A stretch of 64,000 bases of DNA, taken from assembly GCA_964016885.1 (NCBI GenBank), contig OZ024743.1:161324001-161388000 (forward strand). Direction: 5' to 3'. The position numbers and the translations under genes are program-made. This document shows, piece by piece, positions 37,058 to 51,078 of the stretch. Within the stretch, counting starts at the first letter, position 1. Every line of letters begins with the position of its first letter. The notes beneath the pieces were generated by a model. It made no database searches. It was not told the DNA's origin and saw only the letters and a list, made by a program, of their open reading frames with translations. Source of the DNA: Eledone cirrhosa. Its lineage: Eukaryota.

Positions 37058-39562
37058 CTGGCAAAGTTCAGTTTTACACAATCAGTTTGTGCACCAAACT
37101 TCCCCCTCATCTATATGGCATGCATTAAGGATCATCCCTCATTCCCTATCTGTGCAGGTTTGTGGGGAGTTGGACGAATATCATACACTGATTCAATGTG
37201 AAAACCAGTATGCACATTATCTACTGAACCTACAAAACAGCTATTCAAAATATATAGTTCATTGTAAATGTATTCAAAATGGAGGTGCAAATAATGCATG
37301 ATTATATATTGTATATTGACCTGCGAGAATTAACAATCGAATCTCTTTTCAAACGACACTTTAACCCTTTAGCATTTACATTACTCTATATATACTATTA
37401 TATTTTCATGGTAAAGGCTTTACCTCATATAATATCTCACATAATATCAAATCTATGAGATTTTGAAAGTATTTATTTTGAGAACAATACCTTAACATCA
37501 GTTTGAGCGACCGGTTACAGCCAGTTTCAACTGAAAGAGGTAGAACATTCTGGCCAGTTTTGGCCGGTTTGAACATTAAAGGGTTAAGTCTTAAAGGAAA
37601 GGCACATTGGAAAAAGCAGTCCAAGATTGTTGCTAATATCTGGAATGTCTTTGTTTATAGGTCAGCTTAGTCAAAGCTGACCTGAGATAAAACAACAACC
37701 TTTTGGTTTTGCAGCCATCTCACATAAATTTTATACAATTATTTGATGTCCCATTACCTTCCCCTTCATTGTTTCATGTTTCCAGATTTCACAAGGTCTA
37801 CATAAGTTTCATAGGTGTTAATATTCTCTTCATATTTTTATGCTATATCCTCCACTTCTTCCTTCCCAAAACATGATAGATGATGACTTGAAATAATAAT
37901 TGAATTGATTAGTTTGATATAAAACATATTTACTTATATTAAACAGATATAAACAAAGATATTTGTTTAGACTTTCCCTTAATATTGAACTGAATATGTA
38001 ATGTGAAGAAAGCAAGGAATAATTCCAACATATTTTGTATAACAACTTCATGTTAATCAGACAAAACTAACTTCAACATATTCTAAAGTCCTGTTGTGTG
38101 GCACAAGCCTACTTTTTTCTATGATTGGCACACCCATATTTGATTCAGGTCTTTAAGATTGTTTGCTAAAATTAGAACCAACTGGAAGTGAAGTTCAAAT
38201 GACAAAATTAATTGGCATACTGTAAACTGTAAACAAATCATTTGACATGAAGTAGACAATTTATTTTCTAAAAATTTCATAGGAAACAGTTAGATCTCTG
38301 TTTAGTTGTTCCTTCTAATAGTCACACATCTGTGTATCTGTTCTTATCAGTGAACATAAAAACGTAGAAATGAATATCTTTATGTATTTGTTTATATCTT
38401 GTTTAAATATCTATGACCAGAAAATGACTACAGGAATTATATTCTTTTGTCATAGAAAACAAATTATTTTAGTTAGAAATATATATATAACATGCATATA
38501 AAACATGAAATTTCTAAAGTTTATGTCTATACTGTCATCGAGCCACAAATTCTGTTAATTACTTTGAACAATTAAACATTCCCATTTAGATATATATTCA
38601 GTTACTTTGGGAATATATCATGAGATGTTAGCATTTCTAATTTTTCTTATACTTCATTCTTTTGATTTCCAACTTCCTTTGCTTTTATATATTGGACAGC
38701 TTTAATCACAGGGTTTGTTTGCTAAAACATATATGTGCCTCCTATTTTATTATGGTTTGCCAGTCATTTTTGTATCTTTTTCTCTTAAATCAATTCAATT
38801 TCCTTTTCTAATTACACTAGTGCCTAACTGTGATATTTTAAAGCAGAGGTATAACTTTGATCGCTACATTATAGCATTGTGTAAATTATTAACTCTTTTT
38901 GAAGCTCCATGCAATGTAAACTAGTGTAGACAAAGTGAGATGATAGTGTAACAGCAGCTCTAATATGTCATGTTTGTTCATTTTCTATGAAAACCAGCTG
39001 TGGATATGTTTCTCTATCTGAATTAGTTTAAGTATGCACTGGTTAAACAATAAATGAATATATATAGTTATATCTGTATGTGTTTAATCTCGTGAAGACA
39101 TGTGGCTTAGTGGTTAGTATATTTGGCTTACAATTATAAGGTAGTGAGATCAATTCCCAACATTTTACCCTTGAGCAAGACACTTTATTTCACATTGTTC
39201 CAATCCACTCACCTGGTAAAAATGAGTTGTACTTGTAATTCAAAGAGCTAGCATGTCACATCCTGTGTCATACATGAATCTGAGAACATCAAGGGTAAAG
39301 TGCTTGTGGAATGCTCATCTCCTTGCATGTTAATTTCATGGACAGGCTGTTTTGTTAATCAACTCAACCAGAACACAGGTTCAACAGCACATTTAATCTT
39401 GTCATGAAATGCGGCTTCATGAAAGCTTTTTAAGTCACTTCAGATGGGGAATGAACTGTCCAGTTTTGTTATTTAACAGCTCATCAAGATTCACTAACCT
39501 TTCCTTTGCAAGATGCCAATGAACAGTAGTAGAAGAGCTCCTGTCCTTAACAGTATAAACAT
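37058..39562 (-). CDS. Speculative two-exon small ORF (53 aa, signal-peptide-like N-terminus); exons 39562-39499 and 37229-37058, stop at 37134-37132
   Basis: ATG with A at -3; MFILLRTGALLLLFIGILQRK; phase-1 donor AAG|gttagt; acceptor ttttgtag|G with matching phase; second donor CAG|gtaaga. No homology recognised. Confidence 0.2.
37365..37583 (+). mobile_element. piggyBac-like MITE (uninterrupted copy)
   Basis: TTAA-ccctttag...taaaggg-TTAA. Confidence 0.85.
39095..39365 (+). mobile_element. CORE-like SINE
   Basis: tggcttagtggttag; cttgagcaagacactttatttcac; 3' body shared with the 29257 copy. Confidence 0.75.
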
Positions 39563-40767
39563 CTTCTTTTCACAACATTACCCAGTTTCTTAACACATTG
39601 AACTGCTTTTCACCAGTTCAAACCACCAGTAATGTCTTTGAATTATAATGTTTCATTTTTCTATATTTTTTATGTCTTTTCAACATCATCGTTTTTACAT
39701 TGACTTTTTCATACTGGTGTGAGTTAAACGGGACATTTGGGTGGTATTTACAAAACTTCCTGGCATCAACCCTTTTAGTCACTTCTTACTACACACAGGG
39801 CTCCTATGTACTTATTCTATACCAGATATACCTTTTATTATAAATTATAAACCTTCTAATATATATTTTCTATACTTGTATATCATTGAACCCCAAACTC
39901 TTTAAGAAGCCAGAATGAATGCTGCAAAGCATTATATCTACCACCAACTAACATACTACAATCTAATAAGGTTATGAGGTAGCTACATTTGAGAACAATT
40001 GATAAAAATATATTTTATATCTATTCTATACTTCTATGTTCTTTCTATATTTTTACATATTCTCTGTATTTGCTCACATAATCTACACTTTCATATCTTC
40101 TTTAAACATAATATATCTTTCCTTACTTTGTGATATTAACCAATCTTCATATTAAATATTTTGCTTGTCATTTGATAAAAATCTATTTAGTAATGAGATG
40201 AGGTGGATCTTATAGCTTAATTATTCCTCTGACATGTTTACAAGCAACAATGAGCTGATAAGTGGGCTGGGAATACAAGGACCCCATAAATACATTAGAT
40301 TGCAAACAGTTTGCACAACAATCTATCACATTGCTGAAATACAATTACAATTTCCAGCCAATTCATGATAAATAAACTTCAAGTTTTAACACATCCATTT
40401 AAAGAAAACTGATTTTATTTCATATAGCTTTTCTTCTTTCTCTCTTCTCTTTTGATATTGTAAATACATTGCTGTTGTTATTTAGCCCCAGTTATCAACC
40501 TTGATCTGACAGACCTATGATAAAAAATGTTCCTGTAGTAATCACCTCATCTTTTATGCAAGCATAGTGTATCTTAGATAGAAAATAATCTGGCTGATCT
40601 ATTGGCCCACCATTTTTCTGCTAGAAAAACAAAGGAGTCAATTCCTTCAAGACATTTTTATTTTTGTCTATTCAGATTAAGATAAAATCTCATACTATTT
40701 TACAAACCTATATCACTGACTTAATTAATTAGCTCTTTCATAGCTAAGACTACTGAATACATTGAAT

Positions 40768-41055
40768 TCTTCTTCTTCACCCACTTATTCCTGAGAGGGT
40801 TGTGGGGACAGAGTCTGCAAACACTCTTTCCAGTGGATCCAGTCAGAAGTAACTGTTTCCAACTGTTCCAGCTGGATTCCCAAGCAAAACCAGCCAAGCT
40901 CATGGATGTTATCCAACTATTTTGCTCGGGGTTTGCCCCTGGGATCTTGTTGGTTGGTTTAGCCTGTAAAATCTGCTCAGTGATTCTTTCCTGAGACACT
41001 CTAACTACATGCCTGTAGTATTGGAGCTGTGATCAAAACAGAAACATTATTATGT
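40768..41055 (-). mobile_element. Second RTE family (Expander/Rex3-like) 3' fragment with (GAA)n tail
   Basis: Reverse complement of about 46985-47270; ends aataagtgggtgaagaagaagaa. Confidence 0.8.
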
Positions 41056-42399
41056 TTCTGTTTTGATATTTGAAACTGGGAAAATAGCATACAAAACCTC
41101 CATTTTACTTCTATAGAAACCTGTGTATATGTAAGTATGTGCATATGTATGTTAGTAGGAGTATGTGTTGTGTATCAGGTATCTATAGTCTTTTATCTGT
41201 TGTTTGTATTGTGTTGTTTTATCAATTAATCAGGCTGGTGTAAATGCTGCAGTTTTCAAAAGTTTAAGCTTCTGTACGTTGTTATCCATAGTAAAATACG
41301 GGTGAGTGATGGTGAGAGAGCAGGGGCTGCAATTTTGAGAAAGAAGGACTGAAATAAATATTTAATGCATGCAATGGTGGGGTGAGACACAGAGTAATGG
41401 AAGAATAGGTGTAAATCTGAGGTGCTTGTGTGGACTTAGGTAGAGTTGTTATAATAGTGGAACAAAATACAGTGAGAAGAAACATCATACTTGTGAGTTA
41501 GTATTTGTAGTTGAATGGCTGTAGTGTGTTGGTGAGTTAATTTTTTGTCATGTGGTCATCTAGATTGTTTTAAGTGCATAGCCATGACACCTTCTCAGAT
41601 ATTTGAGTAGTATTCTAATGTAAATATTATTTGACTTTTGTCAAGACTGATCAGAGAACTGAAATATATTCTGACCATGAAAAGGAAGTTGAGTATTTGG
41701 GATGTAGATTTGACATTTATATATATGTGAGATTACAGAGATCATGAGAAATTGTGATGCCTAGCCTTTGTGATGTTGAGGGTCTTATTTGTGAGTTGTT
41801 CATGACGTGTGAAAGTGTAGTGGAAAACTGTGTCCATCATATGTGTAGTGTTTGTGGAGGTAGTGAATGTGTTGCAAGTTTGTATTATAAGTGAGGTGTG
41901 TATCTATTCTGTGAATGTATGAGGTGTATGTATACTATATCTATTATGTATAGTGGTTGCTATTCATTAGTTATTGATCTAGGTTTTAGTAACATTAAAA
42001 GGTTTCAACTTGCAGCTAAAAAAAGACATGAAAGCAAAACAAAGAAGCAAAAATATGTAATTAAATTGCTTTTTTTAGAGTTATAAATACCAGATAGATT
42101 AGGTTTTACTCATTAAAAAATTAATTCATTATTCTTTTTGTCATGTGTAAGCTAATTATAAAAGCTGTCGAAATGGATTTGGTTGGAAGTTAGGGTTATA
42201 AATTACCTGGCTTTCAACACTCCCACATTGTGGTGTGCATAATAAATAATTACCTATCTATCTACCAATCGACCTGTGTGAGACAGAGCTGGGGAACGTT
42301 TGTGTCTAAGCTAAAGCTTCTTGAATTATAACTCTGAATCTAACATTGCTGATTATTCAAACGATTGAATAGTATATTGGCAAAAATATTAATAAACAC

Positions 42400-42720
42400 A
42401 TTGAAATATGAACAGGGTCTCCCATGCTAATAATAGTGAAACAAAAAGCTATATAGAACTTCCGGAAAATCCTTTTAAGAAACAATTCTTACAATGCATA
42501 TATACAATCAGACACTCAGAAAGATGCCTTACCATCTTATAATCCAGATATATCTAAAGTTTAAAGGATGATTTTATCAATTATAAAATTGATGGCTTCA
42601 TTATGGAACACACACCCCAATATTAATGATCCTATGATATGTGAACTTTGTCTCTCAGAGAAATATAATATTCAATTAGTTGTTTTTTTTGTAATTTTGA
42701 ACAAAAGATTGGCAATGGTG
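42400..42720 (+). mobile_element. Decayed Naiad-type GIY-YIG fragment
   Basis: KSYIELPENPFKKQF...LKDDFINYKID...ICELCLSEKYNI, parallel to 3440-3740. Confidence 0.6.
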
Positions 42721-43320
42721 AATCCCATCGATATTTATTAAACAATTTTGAATTATAAACTGGCTAAAATAGTTTTTCATCAGCATAGTTATTCACCAAC
42801 ACTAAAACTTTATTAACTATAACCTCTCCCATTCTTTTGTGTGTTTTATATATATGATACTGAAAACATAAAAATAAGTGTTTTTACAAGGAAATAGATA
42901 AGTATAACATACCCAAGACAAAAGCCTCATGTGGTTTTGCAGTTTTGCAATTGGATAAATAAATATATCACTTGTTCTGCTTATGGGAATTGAATAGATA
43001 AATATATTATAGATTTTTCAACAGCTTTTCAGCAACCAATCAAATTCGATGAAAAAAAATCATAATTTGATGGGTTTATGAATATTTCTGCTTGTATATT
43101 GTCACACTAGCTTTCTACAGAGTAACAGCTGAAGAAACTTCAGCCACTAATAATGATACTGATAATGGTTTCTAATTTAGGCACAAGGCCAACAATTTTT
43201 GGGGAAGGGGAAAATCGATTAAATTGACCCCAGTGTGTTACTGATACTTTATTTTGACTCAGGTGCCAGGTTTACACTTGGCATGATTTGAGAAAGAAGC
43301 AGAACTCAAAGGAAGATTGA

Positions 43321-43363
<43 letters not shown>

Positions 43364-43364
43364 T

Positions 43365-43830
43365 GAGCTATATGGCAGGAGTTATTAAATAGAAGAAAGA
43401 TTAATTGGAAAGTATTGATAGGAAAACTAGGAAATTGATGACAGTGCATAAAGAACTGCACCCAAAGAGTGATGTCACAAGACTTTATGTTGGACGAAAG
43501 AGATGTAGAGGATTAAGAAGTTGTGAAAAGGTTGTCAAAAGTGAAGAAAACAACCTAGCTCGGTTGGTACCTTGCAAATGTAAGGGGTATCATCATGTCA
43601 AAAGTAAGAAACTTTAACCAACTGAAATATGTTGATGCAGTAGCACCTATTGAATTCAAGAAGAGAGTACAAGAAGAATTTGAAAAGAAATGGAAGGATA
43701 AACTTATGCATGGACAGTACACTAGAGAAAAGTGCTGGTCGTGGCTTTAAAATGGCAATCTGGAAGGATGCACCAAAGCTCTAGTGTGCAGCACCCAGGT
43801 GCAAACTCTTTGATCTGACTACATTAAACA
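43365..43830 (+). mobile_element. Dong/R4-clade LINE fragment next to (AAT)n
   Basis: IDRKTRKLMTVHKELHPKSDVTRLYVGRKRCRGL and WKDKLMHGQY; preceded by (AAT)n at 43321-43362. Confidence 0.8.
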
Positions 43831-45234
43831 TCATGGAATGCACACTAACACTATGGAATGGTAGAAACATAGGCTCAGTGACAATATAGAATGGGGAGTA
43901 AAACAAGGGTAAATATAAACAATGGAGGGATTAATATTTGAACTCAGATCGTAAAGGGACGTAACTATGTTGGAAAGCATGGCATCCGACCCTCTACCGA
44001 TACTGCCAATTATATAAAATAATGTTTGAAGATTTATTTTGACTAGGACTCCTTTTAAAAGGTGGTTGTATTTCATAGAACCAGGGACAGTTTGGGGCAG
44101 TTAGAAATACAGAACTTCACAAACCTGCTTTACAAACCATAAATCCACATTTGCTGCATTTTAATGTTTCTGGACTGATCACTTTATTCTACATTGCACC
44201 AGTTCACTTAGCTGTTTTTGGAAATAGGTACCAGTTCATATGGAGATGTTACCTGTGATACACCAGTGCATATCCAAGAAGAATATAATTTTTTTCTTAC
44301 TAATGTCATGACATCCAAGCTAAGCACCAAACCTTAAAAAAGTTCTCCAGCTGTAACTATTTTGCTTTGGTAGTTAACATGCGGATAATCTAATACATTT
44401 TTGAAATCTGATCAATATACTCTTTCTGTCGATGAAAATTTTCAATCTTCCCTTTTTTTTTTATTGTATCTTTTATCTGTCATTATTATTATTATTATAA
44501 CAAACTCTGTCTCAGCAGTCTTCCTCGGTGGTTGTACTCTGCTTACATTCATAATCACTACACCTGCTTCTAGCATTCATATTGTTTCATCTTTTTCACA
44601 TTACAAGCAATTCTGTAATCTGACAATCACAATACCCTCCCCATGTGTTCTTACATACAATACATCAAGCATGGTATTAACTATGCTAATCTCAATCACC
44701 TCTATATAAGACTAAAAATAGCTCCTATAGGATAACCAAAAGTATCAACTGTTGATCTACAGATCATTAATCAGCATTTAAAGGTTACAACTTATGTTAA
44801 CAGCATTCCTATGAAGAATGCACACTTTCAACCATACATTTGCATTATTGTGCAGTGTTTCTACATACACATAACAATGTGTGTGTGTGATAGTGCACTG
44901 CTCAGAAGTACATTACTCTATTTGCTATGCTGGTATTAAAAATAGTACCATTTCATGGCTGGCTAATTCAAAAGGCATCCAATTATTACTGATTTATATG
45001 GAAACATAGTTGCATTCTACAGCTGAATGAATAACACCCCATTATAGCATTCAAGAATGCATGCTTTAGTAATTCCCACCAAGTATTCTCCTGTCAAGCT
45101 GATCCATATTTATCACAAGGCTTACATTGAAAAGAATAGATGTAAAAACATTGAACGTGGGAGTGGAAAATTAAATAGCAATACCACCACCACTGCCAAC
45201 AACAACAACAACAACAATAATAATGATAAAATGT

Positions 45235-45415
45235 TGGATACCCAGCTGAATTTCTTGTCTCTACAGAAAATTTGTTTGCTTAGTACTACAAGAAACTTAA
45301 GAATAATGCTAAATACCTAAGGCTACTGGATGCAGCTGGATATCCAGCAATCAAAATGCAGCTGGATATCCAGCCTGCAAAACAGCAACAAAATGCTGAA
45401 TGGAAAAAAAAATAC
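45235..45415 (+). mobile_element. Dong/R4 C-terminal end fragment
   Basis: LQKICLLSTTRNLRIMLNT* resembles the R4/Dong terminus LQKxCLLGTARILRKVL; preceded by (AAC)/(AAT) repeats. Confidence 0.6.
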
Positions 45416-45424
45416 TAATGATAA

Positions 45425-45838
45425 TTGTTTCTATTATAAGCACAAAGTCAGCAATTTTGGGGAAAAGGAAAGTTGATTAAATAAACCCAGTACTTTACTG
45501 CATTATTTTATTGATTCTGGAAAGATGAAAGGCAAAATTGACCTCAGTAGGATTTGAATTCTGGATGTAAAGAACCAGATCCAATACTACAAACCACTTG
45601 TCTGACACTCTAACAACTCTGCCAATACTAATGATAATAATAATAATAATTGTTTCTACTTTGGGCACAAGGCCAGCAATTACCCAGTGCATTACTGGTA
45701 CTTTATTTTATCGACCCCATAAGGATGAAAGGCAAAGTTAACCTCAGCGGGATTTGAACTCAGAATGGCAAGGGCTGTAACTCCATGCGTCAAAGCATAG
45801 TGTCCGACCCTCTACCAGTACTGCCAATCCACCGCCCT
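45425..45838 (-). mobile_element. Two tandem SINE copies (one old, one young) in (AAT)n
   Basis: Two tgtttcta...ggccagcaatt-type tails on the minus strand, separated by (aat)n. Confidence 0.85.
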
Positions 45839-46179
45839 AATAATAATAGTAATAATGATAATAATGAATCTTGTAATCCCAGTATAAAGTCGTGTCAGTG
45901 AATTTAAATCAATCCCAGTATGCAGTGATGGGCACTTTGTAGACACTAAAGGTAAGAGGTTGGCAAAATTAGCTCTTGTGGGATTCAAACTCATAATGTG
46001 AAGCTTGTTGCTAGATATCATGTAGTTCTGTCAATTGTATTGTTATTGTTTAGCTCTAGATCAACCCTAATTGAGTCAATGCATGATCAGAGGCATACAA
46101 ACTGTGACCATCTCATTTTTCAGACTCAATCCAACTCAGAAAATACTATCAAATATCTCCTTTTTTTTTTATTGCAAAA

Positions 46180-46325
46180 TAGTGGTTCTCAACCTTTTTT
46201 TTTTACCTATGGACCACTTTGGTTTTTATTTTAATCTAGTGGACCCCCATAGCCATTAGATGTTTTAAAAAATCCTGTTGTATTTTTACAATGAAATATT
46301 AGGAATTGTATAAAAAATGTTGAAA
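46180..46325 (+). mobile_element. hAT-like MITE left end only
   Basis: tagtggttctcaacc TIR-like start and tggacc(c) subterminal motifs; no right TIR found. Confidence 0.45.
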
Positions 46326-46349
46326 GTGACATCACGACTGTCAGGTGTA

Positions 46350-47270
46350 GAACCAGTTGGCTGGAATTTGTAGGTATTACTTATCTTGACTGAAGGTGAT
46401 CTCTGACTTGTCCATGATAGGTTTGATGCCGGGTGCTGCATGATTGGACTGAAAATCAGTGCTGCAAAAACTTGTTCTCTCAAGGAAAGCCTGGGCAGTG
46501 TACTCTACATATCAATGGAGTTCCATTGAAGCAGGTGGAGAAATGCAAGTATCTTGGGGCCTTGTTCACGAGTGATAGAAGGCAGGAGGCCGAATTAATT
46601 AAATCCAAGAATTACAGGAGCTGGTGCAGTAATGCACCAGTTTCAGAATTCGGTAATCAGAAGAGAGGTAGCTGTAAAAACCAAACTCACTATCTTCAAA
46701 CAGCCAAAATGGGGTTTCCCCAAAGGGTCTTTGGAGTAATGTTACTCGATAGAGTGCGTAGCTCGGATATCAGAGAATCACATAATAATTGTTTCTATTT
46801 TAGGCACAAGGCCAGCAATTACCCAGTACATTACTGGTACTTTATTTTATCGACCCCGTAAGGATGAAAGGCAAAGTTAACCTCGGCGGGATTTGAACTT
46901 AGATCATAAAGGGACGTAACTCTATGCTTCAAAGCATGGTGTCCGACTCTCTACCGATACTGCCAATCCACCGCCTGAGAATCACATAATAATGTTTCTG
47001 TTTTGATCACAGCTCCAATACTACAGGCATGTAGTTAGAGTGTCTCAGGACAGAATCGCTGGGCAGATTTTATGGGCAAAACCAATCGGCAGGAGACCCA
47101 GGGGTAGATCCTGAGCAAGATAACTGGATAACATCCATGAGCTCAGCTGGTCTCGCTTAGGGATCCAGCTGGATCAGTTGGAAAGGTTTGCTTCTGACAG
47201 GACCCGGTGGAGAAGTGTTTGAGGATTCTGCCCCCACGACCCTCTCAGAAATAAGTGGGTGAAGAAGAAG
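46350..47270 (+). mobile_element. Expander/Rex3-like RTE 3' fragment interrupted by a SINE
   Basis: GLKISAAK..GVPLKQVEKCKYLGALFTSD; LLDRVRSSDIRE; (gaa)n tail. Confidence 0.85.
46790..46976 (-). mobile_element. tRNA-derived SINE with 17-bp TSD
   Basis: TSD gagaatcacataataat at 46773-46789 and 46977-46993. Confidence 0.92.
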
Positions 47271-48367
47271 TCAGTTTGGATTATCCACTGTCTAACCTTG
47301 TCTTCCCTCTTCCTGCACTGGGGCAGTGATGCTAAAACATTTAGCTAGTTATACTGAATGAAATCTGGCACACAAATATACACATAAACACATACATGTT
47401 TGTGTGTGTTTGCATATATGTTAGTGTGCCAATCAAAAGTAACTTGTCAAATAAACTTCCATCTTGTATAAAATCATGAATTGTTGGGTTTACAACTAAA
47501 CTAATGGAAAAGAACATTATTCCACATGTCACCACCATAATTGAAACTTAAGAGCCAGTCCGCCTCATGGATGGAGAAGACATTGTTCCAGGTGGCAAGG
47601 GAGACATGCTGGAACAGCCACTCCACTTTGCAGGGTTTGTGCTTCTGGGTAGCTAACTCTGCTCTGATAGGAGTGAGTAGGGATGTGGTCCAGGGATCTA
47701 TGTTTTTTTAATGATGCATAAAAAAAATTAACTTATTGAGTCACATTCCTTTTCAAATGTGGACTTAGCCTTTCAGTAAATAGAGATCAATGAAATAATA
47801 GATTGAGTGCTATAATTTATATATCAACTAAAACATCCTTAGAATTTTGGCCCTAGCATCATTGAAACTAGTAGAAGAATAAAAAAAATATCTAGTTCAG
47901 TCAACTACCTATATGCCATAGTTTCCTTTGATCAGAGCCTAGGCAACAACAATCATCATTTTCATTTATGTGATCTCTCATATACTCATACACACGTACA
48001 CAAAGTTAGCTTCTAAGTGTTTCTCAACATACTAGAAATAGCAGCCAAATCTTCCTAATATCTTAACCTGTCATTTTAAAAATAGAGCAAAAACATTGGA
48101 TAATCTCCTAGATATACTGTAAACAAAAATAAGAGGGTCACAGCTGGTATTCCTTTGGAATTAAACAACAATGACAATAGATCTATAACATAAATAGCAC
48201 AATATCAAACCAGACCACAATGACATTCTACTTTTACTACACCCCACTCTCCTATGAGTGAACATGTACTCACACGTGTACCACAGCTTTTCCCAAACCG
48301 CTCTGCTTCACCCTCTTCTCACCATATGTGTTGTTTTTATGGAATAATCTCCACCTTCCTAACTTCA

Positions 48368-48465
48368 TGAGGTCAACTTTGCCTTTCATCCTTACGGGGT
48401 CGATAAAATAAAGTACCAGTAATGTACTGGGTAATTGCTGGCCTTGTGCCAAAAGTAGAAACAAT
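48368..48465 (+). mobile_element. 5'-truncated SINE
   Basis: gaggtcaactttgcctttcatcc...aaagtagaaacaattat. Confidence 0.85.
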
Positions 48466-48779
48466 TATATATTGTTGTGCCTGAGTGATCTCTCTTGTTG
48501 TAGAGTGACATATGGTGTGTATTTATATGTAGAATATATTTATTTATGTCTGAGTCAATATATGTATGTGTTTCTGTAACAACACACATATACATACACA
48601 CATGATCATGATCACCAGCAACTGGCTGTGCTAAACCTGCCCACCTGTATAAGGTGAATACTAAATATAAATGTGATAATAGATCAGAGGTTACAGGCTG
48701 GAGATGTCCCCTTTTATCACGCAGCTGATGGGACAGGCTGACAAACAAAGGAGTCAACATTGGGTAGAGTGGTCCATTT

Positions 48780-49042
48780 GGTCTTGTCAAGGACTTGACA
48801 ACCTCTCTAGTGCTGGTGCCATGAAGAAATGCACCCAGAACGTCCTGTAAAGTTGTAGTACTGGTGCCAAGATAAAATGCACCCATTACACTCTATAAAG
48901 TGGTTGGAATGAGGAAGAACATCCAACTGTAGAAAACGTATGTAACATATGAACAAAACATATTTATCAAACAATATCTTGCCTTGAACTGTGACGAATC
49001 ATCCAACCTATGCTACCATGGAAAATGAGCGTAAAATGATGA
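48780..49042 (+). mobile_element. RTE-tail short element
   Basis: tggtgcca..aaatgcaccc twice, aaagtggttggaatgaggaag, ends gtaaaatgatga. Confidence 0.6.
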
Positions 49043-50102
49043 CATATACATATGCATATATTTATACATACATACTCTCACACACAAACACATAGACTGT
49101 AGACTTTATATTACATCTCCTATTCCATATTATAAAAGGTGGGATGTTTTTTGCAAACATTCTAACTTTTACCACACACACCACATAAATATATAATGTC
49201 TGTGTGCGTGTATGCTCACTGTATGTATGATTATGGAGTGTCAAGTGAATATTATCGTGAAAACACCCTTCTAGCTGATCAATTATATTGATTGGTTGTT
49301 TTGTGACAAAAACATTTTCTATTCTCCAAACACTTATCTGACAATATTTAACTAGCAATTATTTATCCATCCATTCAAAACTGTTCTTCTTTATCAATAT
49401 AGTTTCAAATTTAGCCATCTAAACCACATAGGTAAATAAGACAATTTCTAATTTCTGGTACTTGTGATGCATGTCGTATCTGTAAAAAGCATCTTTCACC
49501 ATAGGAAAACATTGAATTTTAATATAAAATTTACAAATCAATATATGGAAATATACCTATGTCTGTCTATAGGGGTAAATTTTGTTTGTGTGCTTTTTTA
49601 AAGACATTTCTCTTGCTTATTTTTATTTACTGGAATTCATTTTTCTTAATTGCATTCTAATAAGGATCTATTTTATGTTAGCAACAAAAACAACATGCTG
49701 TACAAGCTTTTGCCTGCTTCTTAAGAAGAGAGAAGATGAGAGAGAACAAAGATAAAATAGAAAGAAGAGAGTGTTAAGGTCTTGCAAATACAAACACAAA
49801 GTTTATCAAGAGAAAGCAATATATATATATATATTTATCATCATCATCATCATTTAACCTGCTGTCTTTTCTTGCTATCAATATATATAAGTATATGTAC
49901 ATTATTCTATCGGTAACTATTTTATGGTTTTAATCATGCTTCAGTCCTTACTCATTTTCACATCTAATAACTACATTCAGTTTGCAGTCTAGTGTGGAGC
50001 TAAAGAGGGAGGGAAAAAGTAGAGGATGGGGGAATTGACTAAATGAGATAGTGGAAAGTGGAGGTGTAAGGGTTACAGCATTATACAGTAAAAGAGGTGA
50101 AG

Positions 50103-50207
50103 TACTCTCATGTCTCGATTAATCGTTGTCATCCCACTCATTAAATTTTGCTAATCTAGCTCCACTTATTTCAACCCCTCGCCCTTATTATTTGGGACTC
50201 GAAAGTA
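50103..50207 (-). mobile_element. Short deletion derivative of the 1323-1673 MITE
   Basis: TIRs tactctcatgtctcgattaat / attatttgggactcgaaagta; minus strand contains tagattagcaaaattt as at 1557-1572. Confidence 0.7.
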
Positions 50208-50939
50208 GTTGAACTATAAAGATGTTTGTGGAGAAAATTTATTAAATAAAATGCATAAGTATTTTCAAAAAGAGCAATATTCAAAATACAATTATGTGTT
50301 AAAGTTCAAAATCAAACATATATGGTAGGAAAGCAGATTAAAGAACATTGAAGACTGCTTTATCTGTAACTTTACAAATGTCCATTCGTTTCCATGGTTT
50401 GAATAAGATATTTTGTGATAGTACTCTACAGCGAGATACCCTGTCTGATGCCAGCATTTTGTTTTTTTCATAAGTTGCATAGCTGATCCATGGAACTTTT
50501 GTTTATGTGGGACATAAACAAATTTCACTGCTATAGAGACATTACACTCACACACGCAAATGCCACTACAAATACATATACAGATATACACTATAGACAT
50601 CAGTATATGCATGCCTACTGATATAGTAAACGTTGTACGGTCATTTTCCCTGCTGAAGTAGATGTGTCCAAAATATTGAAAAAAATATGAATCACAATTA
50701 TACACAAACACATGAATATTTTGTATAAGGTATAGAAACTCAGATCTAAATATGTCCACTTTGCAGATGCACACATATCTTTGTTTTTGGTCTTAGGGTA
50801 TAACTACAGAAGTACTAATAGAGGTATATAAATGCGTGTGTATATAAATATTGGTGAGCATTTATGTATTGTAACCAAGATGTATGCAGATGAATGTGTC
50901 AATCTCTATATCTAGGATTTTTTATATACCAGCCTGCAT

Positions 50940-50940
<1 letters not shown>

Positions 50941-50979
<39 letters not shown>

Positions 50980-51078
50980 GTTTAACGTCCATCTTCCACT
51001 TGAGGCAAGATTGGTTGTCTTGCTCGTATAGGACTGTCTGGTGGGTTTTCTACAGCTGGATGCCCTTCCTAACACCAA
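50941..51078 (-). mobile_element. RTE extreme 3' end with long (GAT)n tail
   Basis: (atc)n gtttaacgtccatcttcc...ggatgcccttcctaacaccaa. Confidence 0.85.
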
